A stretch of 64,000 nucleotides of DNA, taken from contig OZ024748.1 in the NCBI GenBank assembly GCA_964016885.1, positions 51,522,001 to 51,586,000 on the forward strand. The letters run 5' to 3'. The notes beneath the pieces are model-generated. The model worked only from the letters and a program-made list of their open reading frames with translations. It searched no databases and had not been told where the DNA came from. Below, in pieces: positions 51,596 through 63,895 of the stretch. Within the stretch, counting starts at the first letter, position 1; every line of letters starts with the position of its first letter. The translations under genes were made by a program, and so were the position numbers. This stretch comes from Eledone cirrhosa (Eukaryota).

Positions 51596-52256
51596 TATAA
51601 TAAATGAAGAATTAGAAATAGAAGTTAGGACTATCCATCATCAGTGGTCTACTAGCCATCATAGGTATGTCTTCGCATTACAGACAATATACCTCCAGCT
51701 AGGGTGATACAATAACTAAAATAAGTTATTGGGATAAAAAGAGTTGGGTGGAGAAAGAGAGACAGGTAAACAGACACGAATGGTGAGGCAACGTAAAGAG
51801 AGGAAAAAATGAAAAAAATCAAGTCAATAATTCACTTCCAACATAAGAACAGGCAAATTTTGACGAGAAGGTAAAGACATATCTTAGCCGTACGGATGTG
51901 AGTGAGGAAAAGGATCTCGTACGGTGTGCGACGATGGAGGAAGTGAGAGAGAGGGTGAGTAGCAGAGAGTGAATGAGTGAAAGTGCGAGGAAGAGGCTAG
52001 TCGAGAGAGGGTGACTAGCAGAGGGGGTGAGTGAAAGTAAGAGGGAGAAGGAGAGAGAAGGGAGGGAGAGAGAGAAAGAGGATAGCAGTAAGGGAAGAGA
52101 TAAAAGACAGGTCACAGCGAAGAGGAAAGCATATATGAATAAAAAATGGCGAGCTGTGTTGTTGCATTTATGTATAATAAATGAAGAATTAGAAATAGAA
52201 GTTAGGAATATCCGTCATCAGTTGTCTACTAGCCATCATAGGTATTTCTTTGCATA
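51596..52256. mobile_element. ~660-bp element bounded by ~85-bp direct repeats
   Basis: TATAATAAATGAAGAATTAGAAATAGAAGTTAGGA...TCATCAG...CTACTAGCCATCATAGGTAT at ~51596-51680 and ~52173-52256; CpG-retaining non-coding interior. Confidence 0.75.
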
Positions 52257-52468
52257 TATATAATTCATTTATTGGCAGCATGACTCTCCCAAATTATAAC
52301 AATATATACATATATATTTGAAAAGATTCAGAACCTGGTTGGAGCTCAGCCATAGGGGTCCTAAATCTTTTCATATGATGCACTCTACTACCCCAAGTAT
52401 AGAGTGTACTGGTTTTTACCACACCTTATCTCATATATATATATATGTGTGTGTGTGTGAGTGATTGC

Positions 52469-52509
<41 letters not shown>

Positions 52510-53169
52510 ACTAATTAATTTAATTAGACAATTCTGTTGATTGGTTAATTATTTGTTTTTCTTTAATAACATCTGGTTGAGAGCTTATTCTGAATGTTAG
52601 CGGAAATTATAATATTTCCTTTGTCTAACAATTTGAATGACCCGCCAAAAAGCGGGGGTTATTTCCCTTGTTGGAACTAAATGTTTGAATCGTTGCTGCT
52701 AGCAGCACCATTTAGTGTTCGCCCCGTTCTTTGGTAAAACGAAATTCCTGTTGATGAAATGAGTCCTCTGTTCGATCATGAATACCACGAGCTTGCCAGT
52801 TACGTAAGTCTGATATTTGATTTCGGATTCATAGAAACACTTTAAACGTATAATGTTTGATTTGTCCAGGTGTATCTTTTCAACCTGTTAGTTCTTTCGT
52901 TACTTTGGTATTATTGTGTGTTAGATTTTGCCTGCCACAATGTTCAATTTGTCAAGCTATTTAAACGTTTGTTATTACTCTAAGGACCTACCCTTGTCGA
53001 GTACTTTGCTAACTCATTCATATCCTAGGTCGAATTTGCTTGCACACCGCCAACGATTTGATTTTACAAAGCCTCCACTTATATATATATATATATATAT
53101 ATCATCATCATCACCATCGTTTTACGTCCGTTCTTCCACGCTAGCATGGGTTAGACATATATATAAGTT

Positions 53170-53560
53170 TTGAGATGTCCTGTGATGAGAAGGAAGAGCT
53201 AGATCCCTGTGACAGTGAGGACAATGGAAAGTCTCTATATGATGTTATGCTCAACTGACAATTCTGTGGTTGGTAAATGAAAGATGACTTGGTGGTGGAA
53301 TAGTACCATGGGAATTAGTTCTGTAGATAGAAATATAAAGGCTGAAAGACAACCATGAAAAGATTAGATGGAAGAGTATCAAGTAGCTTGAGGCGATGCC
53401 AGACATCAAGTTTACAGCTTAGAAGGAAGCTGAAAGCACAAGGTTTGTCAATGTTCTGTGGTGAGAGGATCAGAGGCATTAAGTAGTCTGGATTGTAAGA
53501 CAGGGTCTCAGTGTGAATCAAAGGTTTTGGAAAATTGTAATGCCTGGGAATTTTATCGTG
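53170..53560 (-). pseudogene. Possible old CR1/L2/Jockey-group LINE C-terminal remnant
   Basis: Minus frames give VW..LKLLD and STEL..GTIPPP, loosely like CR1/L2-type LxLLDxIQ...SxEL..IIPP; heavily degraded. Confidence 0.3.
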
Positions 53561-54176
53561 AGAGGTTGATGAATGTGGAGGACAAATGAGAGGAAATAGG
53601 ACCAACCCTAGTAGACTCAGCAGCAGGACAAGTGGTTGAAGGTCTTCTTCACTCACTTATTCTTGAGAGGGTCAGGGGGGAAGAATCCTCAAACACTCAT
53701 TCCAGTAGGTTCTGTCAAAAGCAACCATTTCCAATTGATCTGGCTGGATCCTCAAGCGAGATCCATTGAGCTCATTGATATTATCCAACCAACTTGCTTA
53801 GGATCTATACTTGGCTCTCCTGTTAGTAGCTTTTGCCCATAAAATCTGTCCAGTGATTCATTTTTAAGACATTCTAACCAGGTGCCCATAATATGGATAT
53901 GTAGAAAGGAAAAGCTGCCAAGCTATCAGGTATCATTACAGAGATACTGATAATATCCAGTGGAATAACTGGCACAACAGTAGAATCCTTAGCTACTACA
54001 AGAGTAAAGGTATTCACTACAACTACCGAAGCTTCAACAGAAGTGTTTTAGTGCAACTGATTAGGAAGACTATTAGATCAGATTAGATTTGGTGTGGATT
54101 TCTTTTAGGGTGGAGTATCACTGTCACCCTCTTCTTGGTGGAACAGCAAAAGAAGTTTCTAGTTATGAGTAAACCA

Positions 54177-54560
54177 CGCATCAGCCTCACCATCACCCGA
54201 GGCAATGCTGCGAGTGTGCTGGCTTGCCTCAAAAATCATTAGAGAGGTTGCCCAGTACTCGCGACGCTGCTGTCTTTTGCTCTGGTATTGGCACCGTTGT
54301 TCACCCCTTACTTTACATTTTCTTAAATATTGTAACCTTAAAAGAATATATCTTTCTGAAAGAATCGCGAGCTATTTATAATGTTGTCTAAGCATTTGTA
54401 ATGTTATTTATGTATATATTTAAAACATATTGTTATGTTATTCTACTGTAAATTTATTTATATGCTCTGTTTATATTTTCATTCTGAAAGAATTGCAAAC
54501 GATTTGTAATGTATTTACTATAGTAAGCATAGCTTTCACTAAAGAAGGACTTTGATGAGA
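54177..54560 (+). mobile_element. 3' end of a CRE-like RLE retrotransposon
   Basis: RISLTITRGNAASVLACL..* (54177-54242) matches the QRLSxxxQRGNAxxxL C-terminal signature; AT-rich UTR follows. Confidence 0.6.
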
Positions 54561-55564
54561 GACATATCTCTCTCTCTCTCTCTCACTCTTTCTCTTTCTT
54601 GCTTTCTTGTCTATCAATCCATCCGAACGTCCGTCTAACTATCTATCTATCCATTCATTAATCTATCTTTTTATCTATCTATACCTTGTATGTAAACTTC
54701 CCCCTTTGTATTTGTCCCCTTCTTTTGTGGCCCTGTGGCTAATAAAGAAACATATCTATCTCTATCTATCCATCTATCAATCTACCATTTTTCTTTCATT
54801 TAATCTCTCTCACTCTCTCTCTTGCAAGCTCCTGTCCAATATCCTAATCTTTCTATCTCTCTCACTCTTGAAATATCTCCTATTCCCCCTTTGCTCTACC
54901 CCTCTCTATATATTTCCCATACCCCCCCTCTCTCTCTCTTACTACAAACCCTGGTCACATATCTCCTTTACTAGCTTTCACACTTTTTCTCCAACAATTG
55001 TTTGGTTTTTTGTTGTTTTTATTGTTGCTGTTGATACTTTTATCATTGTTTTGAGTTCTCATTCTCCATTTACACAGGCACACATAGATACACACATGCA
55101 TACACACATATGTATATATACATATATACACACAAATCTCTATATATACACACATACACACATCTATCTATATATATATATATATGTGTGATGTGTTGTT
55201 TCCTTGAACAAGACACTTTGTTTCACATTGCTCCAGTTTACTCAGCTGTAGAAATGAGATGATAGGGACTGGGTTCCTATCATTTCACTGCAAAGTGGTC
55301 GTTGAGGTGCCACGGAAAAAAGCACCCAGCCCACACTGTAAAGTGGATGTGTAGGCGCCATGGAAAAAAGGCACCCGGCACTCACTCTAAAGTGGACGTG
55401 TAGGCACCACGGAAAGAAAGCACCCAACCCACTATTTTCAAAATTTACACATGTAATACTTGTTTCAGGGTGTGTTAAAAAAAAATTTCACATTTTCAAT
55501 GCCTTAGGGACCGCATTAAGCGATTTAGCGATCTCTCTCTATAATTCTTAGTTTTTCTCTTTTT

Positions 55565-55866
55565 AGATAGATACATACATACATACATATAACATCGTGC
55601 CCTTATAATATCTGTCTGTATGTCTCGCTGTCTGCTGCCTCCGGTTATTCTGCCACCCTTGCTCAAGACAAATCTCACACTCATTCCCCAAACAGTTGGT
55701 AAGTGCACACAACTTCTTCCTCACGTTTTAAGCCACGGTGTTGCTTACTTACGTACCACCAGACCCTTACTTCTTTACCAGCCGTGGTTGTGCAATACTA
55801 AGCTTAGCTAAGGCTTTATATATTTCACAATACCTTATCCCGTGCAGTGCCGGGTACCACTGCTAG
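55565..55866 (+). mobile_element. Non-autonomous Helitron
   Basis: 3' hairpin CCCG-TGCAGTGC-CGGG (55839-55854), 8 nt, then CTAG|T; TCTGTCTGT microsatellite near the 5' end; 5' boundary uncertain. Confidence 0.75.
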
Positions 55867-55897
<31 letters not shown>

Positions 55898-56197
55898 AGC
55901 ATTTGAGCATCTAAGAAATATAAATATGTGTGATAATACATGTGTATATATATATATATACAGTTTGTAGGTAGATGTATGTGGGTGCATATTTCATTTT
56001 CTGTGAACCAGCGAGTTGAAGAAGGATTATTTCATCTCAATTCAATATAAATGAAAAAAAAAATATCTGTAAATGATAAAACAAATCATTCACAAAATAA
56101 ATTTATCAAAAAATATTAAAATTCCCAGTAAAAAGGAAAAGAAAGAAGGGAAGAAATTGAATGGATTGGAAGGAAATATTCATATAATATATTACAC

Positions 56198-56228
<31 letters not shown>

Positions 56229-56592
56229 ACATATATGTATATATAACATATATGTATATATATATAACATATATGTATATATATATATATACATACATAT
56301 ATGTGTATATATATACATACATATATGTATATATAACATATATGTATATATACATATAATATATATGTATGTATATATATATATGTGTGTGAATTATGTA
56401 TAAAATATATGCATGTAGATTACATAATATATATATATATAGAGAGAGAGAGAGAGCAAGAGAGAAATAGACATATGTACACATGTGTGTGTGTGTGTGT
56501 GTTAATGGAATGATTGTTCATCATTTTTCTATTTCTATTTCAAGATGTTCATTAAAACTAAAATGAACCATTTACTGTATATATATATATAC

Positions 56593-56633
<41 letters not shown>

Positions 56634-56647
56634 TATATACATATACA

Positions 56648-56764
<117 letters not shown>

Positions 56765-56999
56765 CATTTCAAAAGTAGAAGGAGGAGGAGAACGGTACAG
56801 TTGGTGAGTAGGAGGAAGGGGGAGGGGGGTAATGAGAACGAGGAGGGTAGTAAGTAGGAGGAGGAGAACGAGGGGTAGGAGGAGGAGAATGGTTAGGTAT
56901 CCAGAAATTCATTAAGATTTCAAGGAAGTGGCTACAATATGGAGATGGGGAAGTTTGTGAAGTGATGGCGTCCATTGTGGTGGCAGTAATGGCTACCAT

Positions 57000-57430
57000 T
57001 CCATGGTGATCACTATGGTGGGTAATATTGGTGGTAGAGGTGATGGTAATGGTGGTAGTGTTGGTAGTAGTTGTGAGGTTGATGATGATGATAATGGTGG
57101 TGGTGTTGGTGGTATAGGTGATGGTAATGGTGGTGGTGTTGGTAGTAGTTGTGAGGTTGATGGTGATGATGATGATAATGGTGGTTGTGTTGCTAGTAGT
57201 TGTGAGGTTGATGGTGATGATAATGGTGGGAGTGTCGGTAGTAGTTGTGAGGTTGATGGTAATGATGATGATGGGGATACTAATGGTAATGGTGGTAGTG
57301 ATAATGATGGCGGTGTTATGGTGCGGCTTGTGGTGGTGGTGGTGGTGGTGGTGGTGGTGGTGGTGGTGGTGGTGGAGGTGGTGGTGGTGGTGGTGGTGGT
57401 GGTGGTGGTGGTGGTGGTGGAGGAAGTGTT
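57000..57430. repeat. (GGT)n/(GAT)n compound tract with four GTAGTAGTTGTGAGGTTGAT-type units
   Basis: Direct inspection. Confidence 0.92.
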
Positions 57431-57974
57431 GGTAGCAATGATTTTATTAATGTGTGACTCAGGTTATTGTTATTGTTATTAAAACCCAGGCCAGCTTTCA
57501 TCCAAATGCCTTCCAGCAGTCTTCTTCTTTGCCCACTTATTCATGAGAGGGTCGTTGGGGCAGACTCCTCAAACACTCCTTTCAGCGAACCCTGTCAGAA
57601 GCAACCATTTCCAACTGATCCAGTTCAATTCCCAGGGTAGATCAGCCAAGCTCATGAATGTAATCCAACCATTTTGCTCACATTTCCTTGTGGTTGATTG
57701 GCTGACATACACGTCTTCCGATGAGGGTCCAATTAGATCCAAGAATTGTATAAAGCAGTTTAGCATTTTTTTCATTCCACAAGGTAATTTGTATTTACTT
57801 GAATGTTTACATGCTACTTATAAGATACAGATTACACACCTTGGTGCAGTCTCAGTTGAGCACACTGAATTAATACAAAGAAAACTTTATCGTACACTTC
57901 AGCTGCTAGCGCACTTCTTAATATATATATATATATATATATATATAGGACAGGTAACATTCCCTATATATATA

Positions 57975-58208
57975 TAAAAACACACAGTCCATGCTGTAAT
58001 GTGGCCGTGTAGGTAACACGGTAAAAAGTTCCCAGTCCACACTGCAAATGTGGTTGGTGTTAGGAAGGGCATCCAGCCATAGAAAACCTGCCAGATAGTC
58101 TTATACGAGCGAGACACGGTCACCCGACCAATCTTGCCTCAAGTGGGACAACTCCCGTCTAACCCATGGTAGCGTGGAAGATAGACGCTAAACAATGATT
58201 ATGATGAT
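57975..58208 (+). mobile_element. RTE LINE 3' UTR fragment in (TA)n
   Basis: Homologous to 44250-44476. Confidence 0.88.
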
Positions 58209-58335
58209 ATATATATATATATATATAGGTGCAGATGCAGTTCAATGAAACTTTTAGTGTGCAAGTAGGTGTTCACAACCATATATCATCATCATCATCG
58301 TTTAACGTCCATTTTCCACGCTAGCATGGGTCTGG

Positions 58336-58367
<32 letters not shown>

Positions 58368-58734
58368 CCAACTTAACTTAAGTATGACAGGCCAGTTTAA
58401 ACAGAAAGAGGTGAAAGGATTCGGGCCAGTTCAGCTGGTTTAAATGCTAAAGGGCTAAGGTATCAGAGATGTTTCAAAAGGAGCATTAGTAACCAAGTTG
58501 CCAGTCAAATTGTGTGTGATATTTCATCAGCTAAATATTGCCCAGGGATTTATCTACTGGAATATATACACACAGACACATATATATATGTATGATATGA
58601 TATTTATTAAAATAACAGTTTAATAAATATTTGCTCTAGGGTTCTTATGTATTTGATATATATTTATCCTTATCGAGCCCTCTTTGGATTTTAGTCTTCA
58701 CATTTATTATTATTATTATTGTATGTATGGCATA

Positions 58735-59282
58735 GGCGGTGGATTGGCAGTATCGGTAGAGGGTCGGACGCCATGCTTTGACGCAAAGAGTTACAGCCCT
58801 TTCCATTCTGAGTTCAAATCCTGCTGAGGTTGACTTTGCCTTTCAACCTTACGGGGTCGATAAAATAAAGTACCAGTAATGCACTGGGTATTTGCTGGCC
58901 TTGTGCCAAACGTAGAAACAATTATTATTGTATGATATAATATATATATACATACATGTAAGAGTAAAGACACCCTTATGTCACAAATGATCATAGGATT
59001 TTTTACCTAGAAAGGTCCTCTCCGAGGCACAGGTTTGGGCAAGGTGGTTTGTAGAAGACAGGTAGTCGCCTATTGATTGCAGTCTCCATGCCACCAATGT
59101 TATCAAAGGGAAAGGCAAAGGCCGGTATAGCTTGCCACCTCATTTTTACAGCTGAGTGAACTGGAGCAACATGAAATAAAGTGTCTTGATCCAGAACACA
59201 ATGCAAAGCCCAGTCTAAGGATTGAACTGACAACCTCACGATTGTAAGCCCAATGCTCTAACCACTAAGCCATACACCTTCA
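58735..59282. mobile_element. Full-length SINE A (58735-58928, +) and SINE B tail variant 2 (58970-59282, -)
   Basis: A/B boxes and family bodies; ATTATTATTGTATG flanks SINE A on both sides. Confidence 0.88.
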
Positions 59283-59567
59283 CAATATACATGCATATAT
59301 GATATAATATATATACATATATAAATACATATATAAATACATATATATACATATATACATATATATATGTTGTTTACTCGAGAGAAGACTACGTTGGTAT
59401 GGTCACAAGATGGACGTTAAACGATGATGATGATATATATATATATATATATAAATATATTCATATATACATATATATAAATATATTCATATATACATAT
59501 ATATAAATATATTCATATATATATTCATATATACATATATATATATTCATATATACATATATATATA

Positions 59568-59620
<53 letters not shown>

Positions 59621-59707
59621 TCTGTATACATATAATTTTGTCTCTTTTTCATGCTGGCATGAGTGTGTGTATGTAGCATATATATACATATACATACATA
59701 TATATTT

Positions 59708-59758
<51 letters not shown>

Positions 59759-61591
59759 AAAATAATGGATTAGCAGTGAGGGAAGATTTGGAAGTTTCTT
59801 TTTTATGAAAGTTTCTTTCTACATCTCAAACATATAATTTTATTAATTTATCTAATTTTACTTATTTGTTGTTGTTGTTGCTTTTTGTTATTGCTTTTTT
59901 TTCTAATTTCAAGTGGACATATTCCTGAAGTAAGTATAATTAAAAAGAACATATTTTATGTTCTATTATTATGATTATTATTGTTATTATTATTGTTATT
60001 GTTGTTGTTGTTCCTGATATTTTTTTGGTTTCGTTCTTAAATGAAATGTTCATCTAATTACACGGATATAACCTGAAGGTAAAATCTGTCATATTTTTAA
60101 AACAACGAAATTCTAAATGGATGATGCACAGAGAATTATTTAATATGCTTACAACCCCCCCCCCCCCCCCACACACACACATATATGAAAAAAAGGGAAC
60201 ATAAATAGAATGACAATATATGCCTCATAGTATACCATATGTTACATTCATACATACATACATGCTATATATATATATATATATATAATAAAATCATCAT
60301 CGTTTTTAGATCCATTTTCCTTCCCTGCATGCATTGGTCACATCCTTTTCAACACACCAGCGTTCCACATATTGAGAGCCTTCATCATCTCCACAGTGAG
60401 TTTCAACGATTTGTGATCATATATCAAACTGAAAGGTATTTCTCACTAATATACTTGGACATTGCAATAAAAAGATAAGCATCAACACAGAAAAGCATTT
60501 AAACACAGTTTATCTAATGCCAAAACATCCATTGTGAGGAATACAATCTAGACAAACTATCATTAGAAAGTTTCACTCATATCATTTCCCTGACTACACT
60601 TTCTGGAATTAAGAAACAATATTAATTATCCTAATAAATTAAGACAATTAATAATGGAAGCAATTCCTTCATCAGAAGGATTCTTTGTAAGCTGAAACAT
60701 TCAATAGATTGCTAGGTAAAGATATTTGATTCACAATGTTGTGGGTTTGTGGTTCAGTCAAATAGTTTAGCACCTTGGGAAACTAAACCACAAAGAACAC
60801 AGATGTGACATGAATTTCTTATTCAAAATATTGTAAATTCATACCATTGTATTATATTAGGTATTAATAACCCTGTTGTTTACTCGATATTTCTGCTTGT
60901 ATAAATTGGAACACCATCGGTTATGTTGACAAGTGATCTAGTTGATACAATGAACAGAACAGCCTGCTTGTGAAATCGACAGACAAGTGGCTGAGCATTC
61001 CAAAGACATACATACTCTTAATGTAGTTCTCTGGGAGAATCAGCAGGACATAGAATATGAAATGGCTGGCCCTTTGAATTACAGGTACAATTCATTTTTA
61101 TCAGCTGAATTGACAGGAACCATTATAACATAAAGTGTCTTGCTCAAGGACAATATGTGCTGCTGGGAATTGAAGTCTTAACATTACAATCATAAACCAA
61201 ATACATTAACCACAAAGCCACATCTCTTCACATTCTTTTAGTATGTCTGCTGTCTAGAAATTGGTAGGTTTGTAACCATCATAGATGTACCCAGCTCACT
61301 GTCTACTCTGTCAGATGGTAGTAGTGGTACCACAAATCCAGTCCATCTTGTGGAGTAGTTGGCATTAAGAAGGGTATCCAGCCATGGAAATAATGGAATA
61401 TATGAGTAAGATATAGTTGTCTGACCTACATGTCTAGATCAGAATATGACAACCTGTCTCACGCATAGAAGTGCAGAAAATAGATGTAAAACGTTGATGA
61501 TGAAATAAGTATGATATAGACAAAAGAAAGAGCTGTCAAAACAATGTGAAAGTTGAAAATACTTGTTTGACCAAACAGCTTCTTAGAATTC

Positions 61592-63408
61592 ATCATCATC
61601 ATCATCATCATCATCAGGTTTAGCGTCCGTGTTCCACGCTTGCATGGGTTTGGACGGGGGTTTTCCCACTTGAGGCAAGAGTGGTTGTCTTGCTCGCATA
61701 GGACTGTCTGGCGGGTTTTCTACAGTTGGATGCCCTTCCTAACACCAACCACATTTACAGTGTGGGGCTGGGAGGTTTTTACCGTGTTGCCTACACGGCC
61801 ACATTACAGCGTGGACTGTCTGGCGGGTTTTCTACAGCTGGATGCCCTTCCTAACACCAACCACATTTACAGTGTGGGGCTGGGAGGTTTTTACCGTGTT
61901 GCCTACACGGCCACATTTACAGCGTGGACTGTGTGTTTTTTGTCGTGACACCTACACGATCTCATTTGTTTCGGCCTGGATGTTGTGGGACCAACATAAC
62001 TTTACATTGAAAGGGGCGGTGTGGGTGGGGTGGAGGTGGTGGGACGGGGGTGTGTTTTGATAGAGATGCCTACTGACTGTAGTAGGTTTTTACTTTGTAT
62101 TTAGGTAAGGCGGGTCTTCTCTATTACTGTGTACCGCCAAAGGTCTCGGTCCAGTGACATTGTCTTGGAGAGGTGTAAGCGTGTGAGGTCGGAATTTATC
62201 AGCTCGTCCCATGTTTTTCTGGGTCTGCCTACTCCGTGGTTACCGTCTATCTTTATTGCCCTGCACTTTGTTATACAGCTGTCGTCTTTCATGCGCATCA
62301 CGTGACCATACCAACGTAGCCTTCTCTCGAGTAAACAACATCTGATCCCTCTTATTTCTAATTTTTTCCTTAGTTCGTTTATGCTTTGCCGTTCACGTAT
62401 ATTACTATTGCACATCCAGCGGAGCATGCAAGCTTCGTTCCTCTCTAGTCTGCGTATATCCTCTGCACACAATGCCCAGGTCTCACTGCCATGCAGCATT
62501 GCTGTTCGTATGCAGGCATCGTATAACCTGCCTTTCATTTTTAGGGAGAACCCTCTAGCGGCTAATAGTGGTATAAGCTCTCTGAACTTTTTCCATCCAG
62601 TTCTGACTCTAGCTACTGTACTTTCAGAGCACCCTCCCCCACTGCTGATTTTGTCACCCAGATAACGGAAGCTGTCCACTATTTCTATAGAACCCTCTGC
62701 GCAGTTGAAGGAGCTAGTATTTTGTGGGCACTTGCTGCTACTTATTGCACCAGAGCACCGGCCACATGTAAAATCTATGTTCTTAGTTAGCTTACCTGTG
62801 ATCCCACTACATCTTTTATGCACCCATACTTTGCATTTGGGACATAAAATGGAGTTTCTACCTACGCCTTTCCTACACACTGAGCATGGCCATTTCCCAG
62901 ATGGGACCGCCGCCTTATTTTCTTTCCTACAAACTAGAACTTTAGTCTTAGCCAGGTTAATTTTAAGGCCTTTTGATTCAAGGCCATGCTTCCATGTTTG
63001 GAATTTCTTCTCTAGTTCGGTCATTGATTCAGCTATGAGCGTTAGATCATCTGCGTATAGGAGTTCCCATGGGCAGCCGGTCTTGAACTCCTCTGTTATA
63101 GCCTGAAGGGCAATAATAAATAGTAGGGGGCTAAGAACAGAGCCCTGATGGACACCAACTTTTACGCTAAACTCTTCACTATATTCGTTGTTAATTCTAA
63201 CCTTACTGACTGTTTCTTTATACATGGCTTGTATAGCTCTCACAAGCCATTCGTCAACACCTAGTTTTCTAAGAGACCACCAGATAATGGAACGGGGGAC
63301 TCTGTCGAAGGCTTTCTCCAAGTCGACGAAAGCTAAGTATAGGGGTTTACTTTTAGCTAGGTACTTCTCCTGTAGTTGTCGTACAATGAAAAGAGCGTCT
63401 GTGGTACT
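61592..63408 (-). mobile_element. 5'-truncated young RTE-clade LINE
   Basis: Open RT frame, ~500-nt 3' UTR with an internal ~120-bp tandem duplication, and (GAT)n tail at 61592-61615. Confidence 0.95.
62101..63408 (-). CDS. Partial RTE reverse transcriptase with internal PHD finger (no endonuclease domain; 5'-truncated)
   Basis: Motifs FVDLEKAFD, GVHQGSVLSPLLF, LYADD, GLKINLAKT, FRYLG, GSETW, RRLRWYGHVMRM, GRPRKTW; uninterrupted over ~435 codons. The first ~25 residues of the listed ORF derive from flanking DNA. Confidence 0.93.
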   Translation of the reverse strand, partial: STTDALFIVRQLQEKYLAKSKPLYLAFVDLEKAFDRVPRSIIWWSLRKLGVDEWLVRAIQAMYKETVSKVRINNEYSEEFSVKVGVHQGSVLSPLLFIIALQAITEEFKTGCPWELLYADDLTLIAESMTELEKKFQTWKHGLESKGLKINLAKTKVLVCRKENKAAVPSGKWPCSVCRKGVGRNSILCPKCKVWVHKRCSGITGKLTKNIDFTCGRCSGAISSSKCPQNTSSFNCAEGSIEIVDSFRYLGDKISSGGGCSESTVARVRTGWKKFRELIPLLAARGFSLKMKGRLYDACIRTAMLHGSETWALCAEDIRRLERNEACMLRWMCNSNIRERQSINELRKKLEIRGIRCCLLERRLRWYGHVMRMKDDSCITKCRAIKIDGNHGVGRPRKTWDELINSDLTRLHLSKTMSLDRDLWRYTVIEKTRLT

Positions 63409-63439
63409 TGAATTATATATGTATAAAAGAATTATATAT

Positions 63440-63895
63440 GTATAAAACGCCCAGTTCATCCTGTAAAGTGGTCGTGCTGGTGACATGACAAAAGCGCCCA
63501 GTTCACACTGTATAGTGGTTTTGTGGGGTCATGACAAAAATGCACCCAGTCTATTTTGTTAGGTGGTTGTACTGGTGACATGAACAAATCTGTAATGTTA
63601 GAAAGTGGTCATGCTGGTGACATTACAAAAAGCACCCAGTCCACCTTGTAAAGTGGTTGTGCTGGAGACATATTAAAAAGGCACCCAGTCTACCATGTTA
63701 AATGGTTGTTTTGGTGCCACAATAAAAAGCACCTAGTTCACACTCTAATGTGGTTGGCATTAAGGAGAGCATCTAGCTGTAGAAACCAAGACAAAAAGCA
63801 GATACATATGAGAAAGATGTGTATCACCTGACCTGACTTGTCTCATAACCTGTCCAACCCATGCAAGCATGGAAAAATAGACATGTGATGCTGAT
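63440..63895 (+). repeat. Old RTE/SINE-type tail with ~7 tandem ~45-50-bp modules
   Basis: Repeated AAAAGCACCCAGTCCAC.CTGTAAAGTGGTTGTGCTGGTGACAT, ending in GGTTGGCATTAAGGAGAGCATCTAGC..CCAACCCATGCAAGCATGGAAAA. Confidence 0.8.

Noticed and set aside
52638-52662. Bacterial rho-independent terminator or contamination
   Set aside because: No upstream ORF or bacterial gene structure; embedded in contiguous eukaryotic repeats.
60650-60682. CTGATGAAGGA-ATTGCT-TCC on minus strand, resembling the 21106 family
   Set aside because: GAAAC and stem III are absent and the flanks are not homologous to that family.
62381-63445. Plus-strand ORFs of 94, 133 and 85 aa
   Set aside because: Antisense shadows of the RT reading frame.
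63409-63486. N-terminus MSPARPLYRMNW... of the 461-aa ORF as a true start
   Set aside because: Encoded by flanking repeat and a 19-bp tandem duplication (GAATTATATATGTATAAAA twice); RT homology starts at STTDA.
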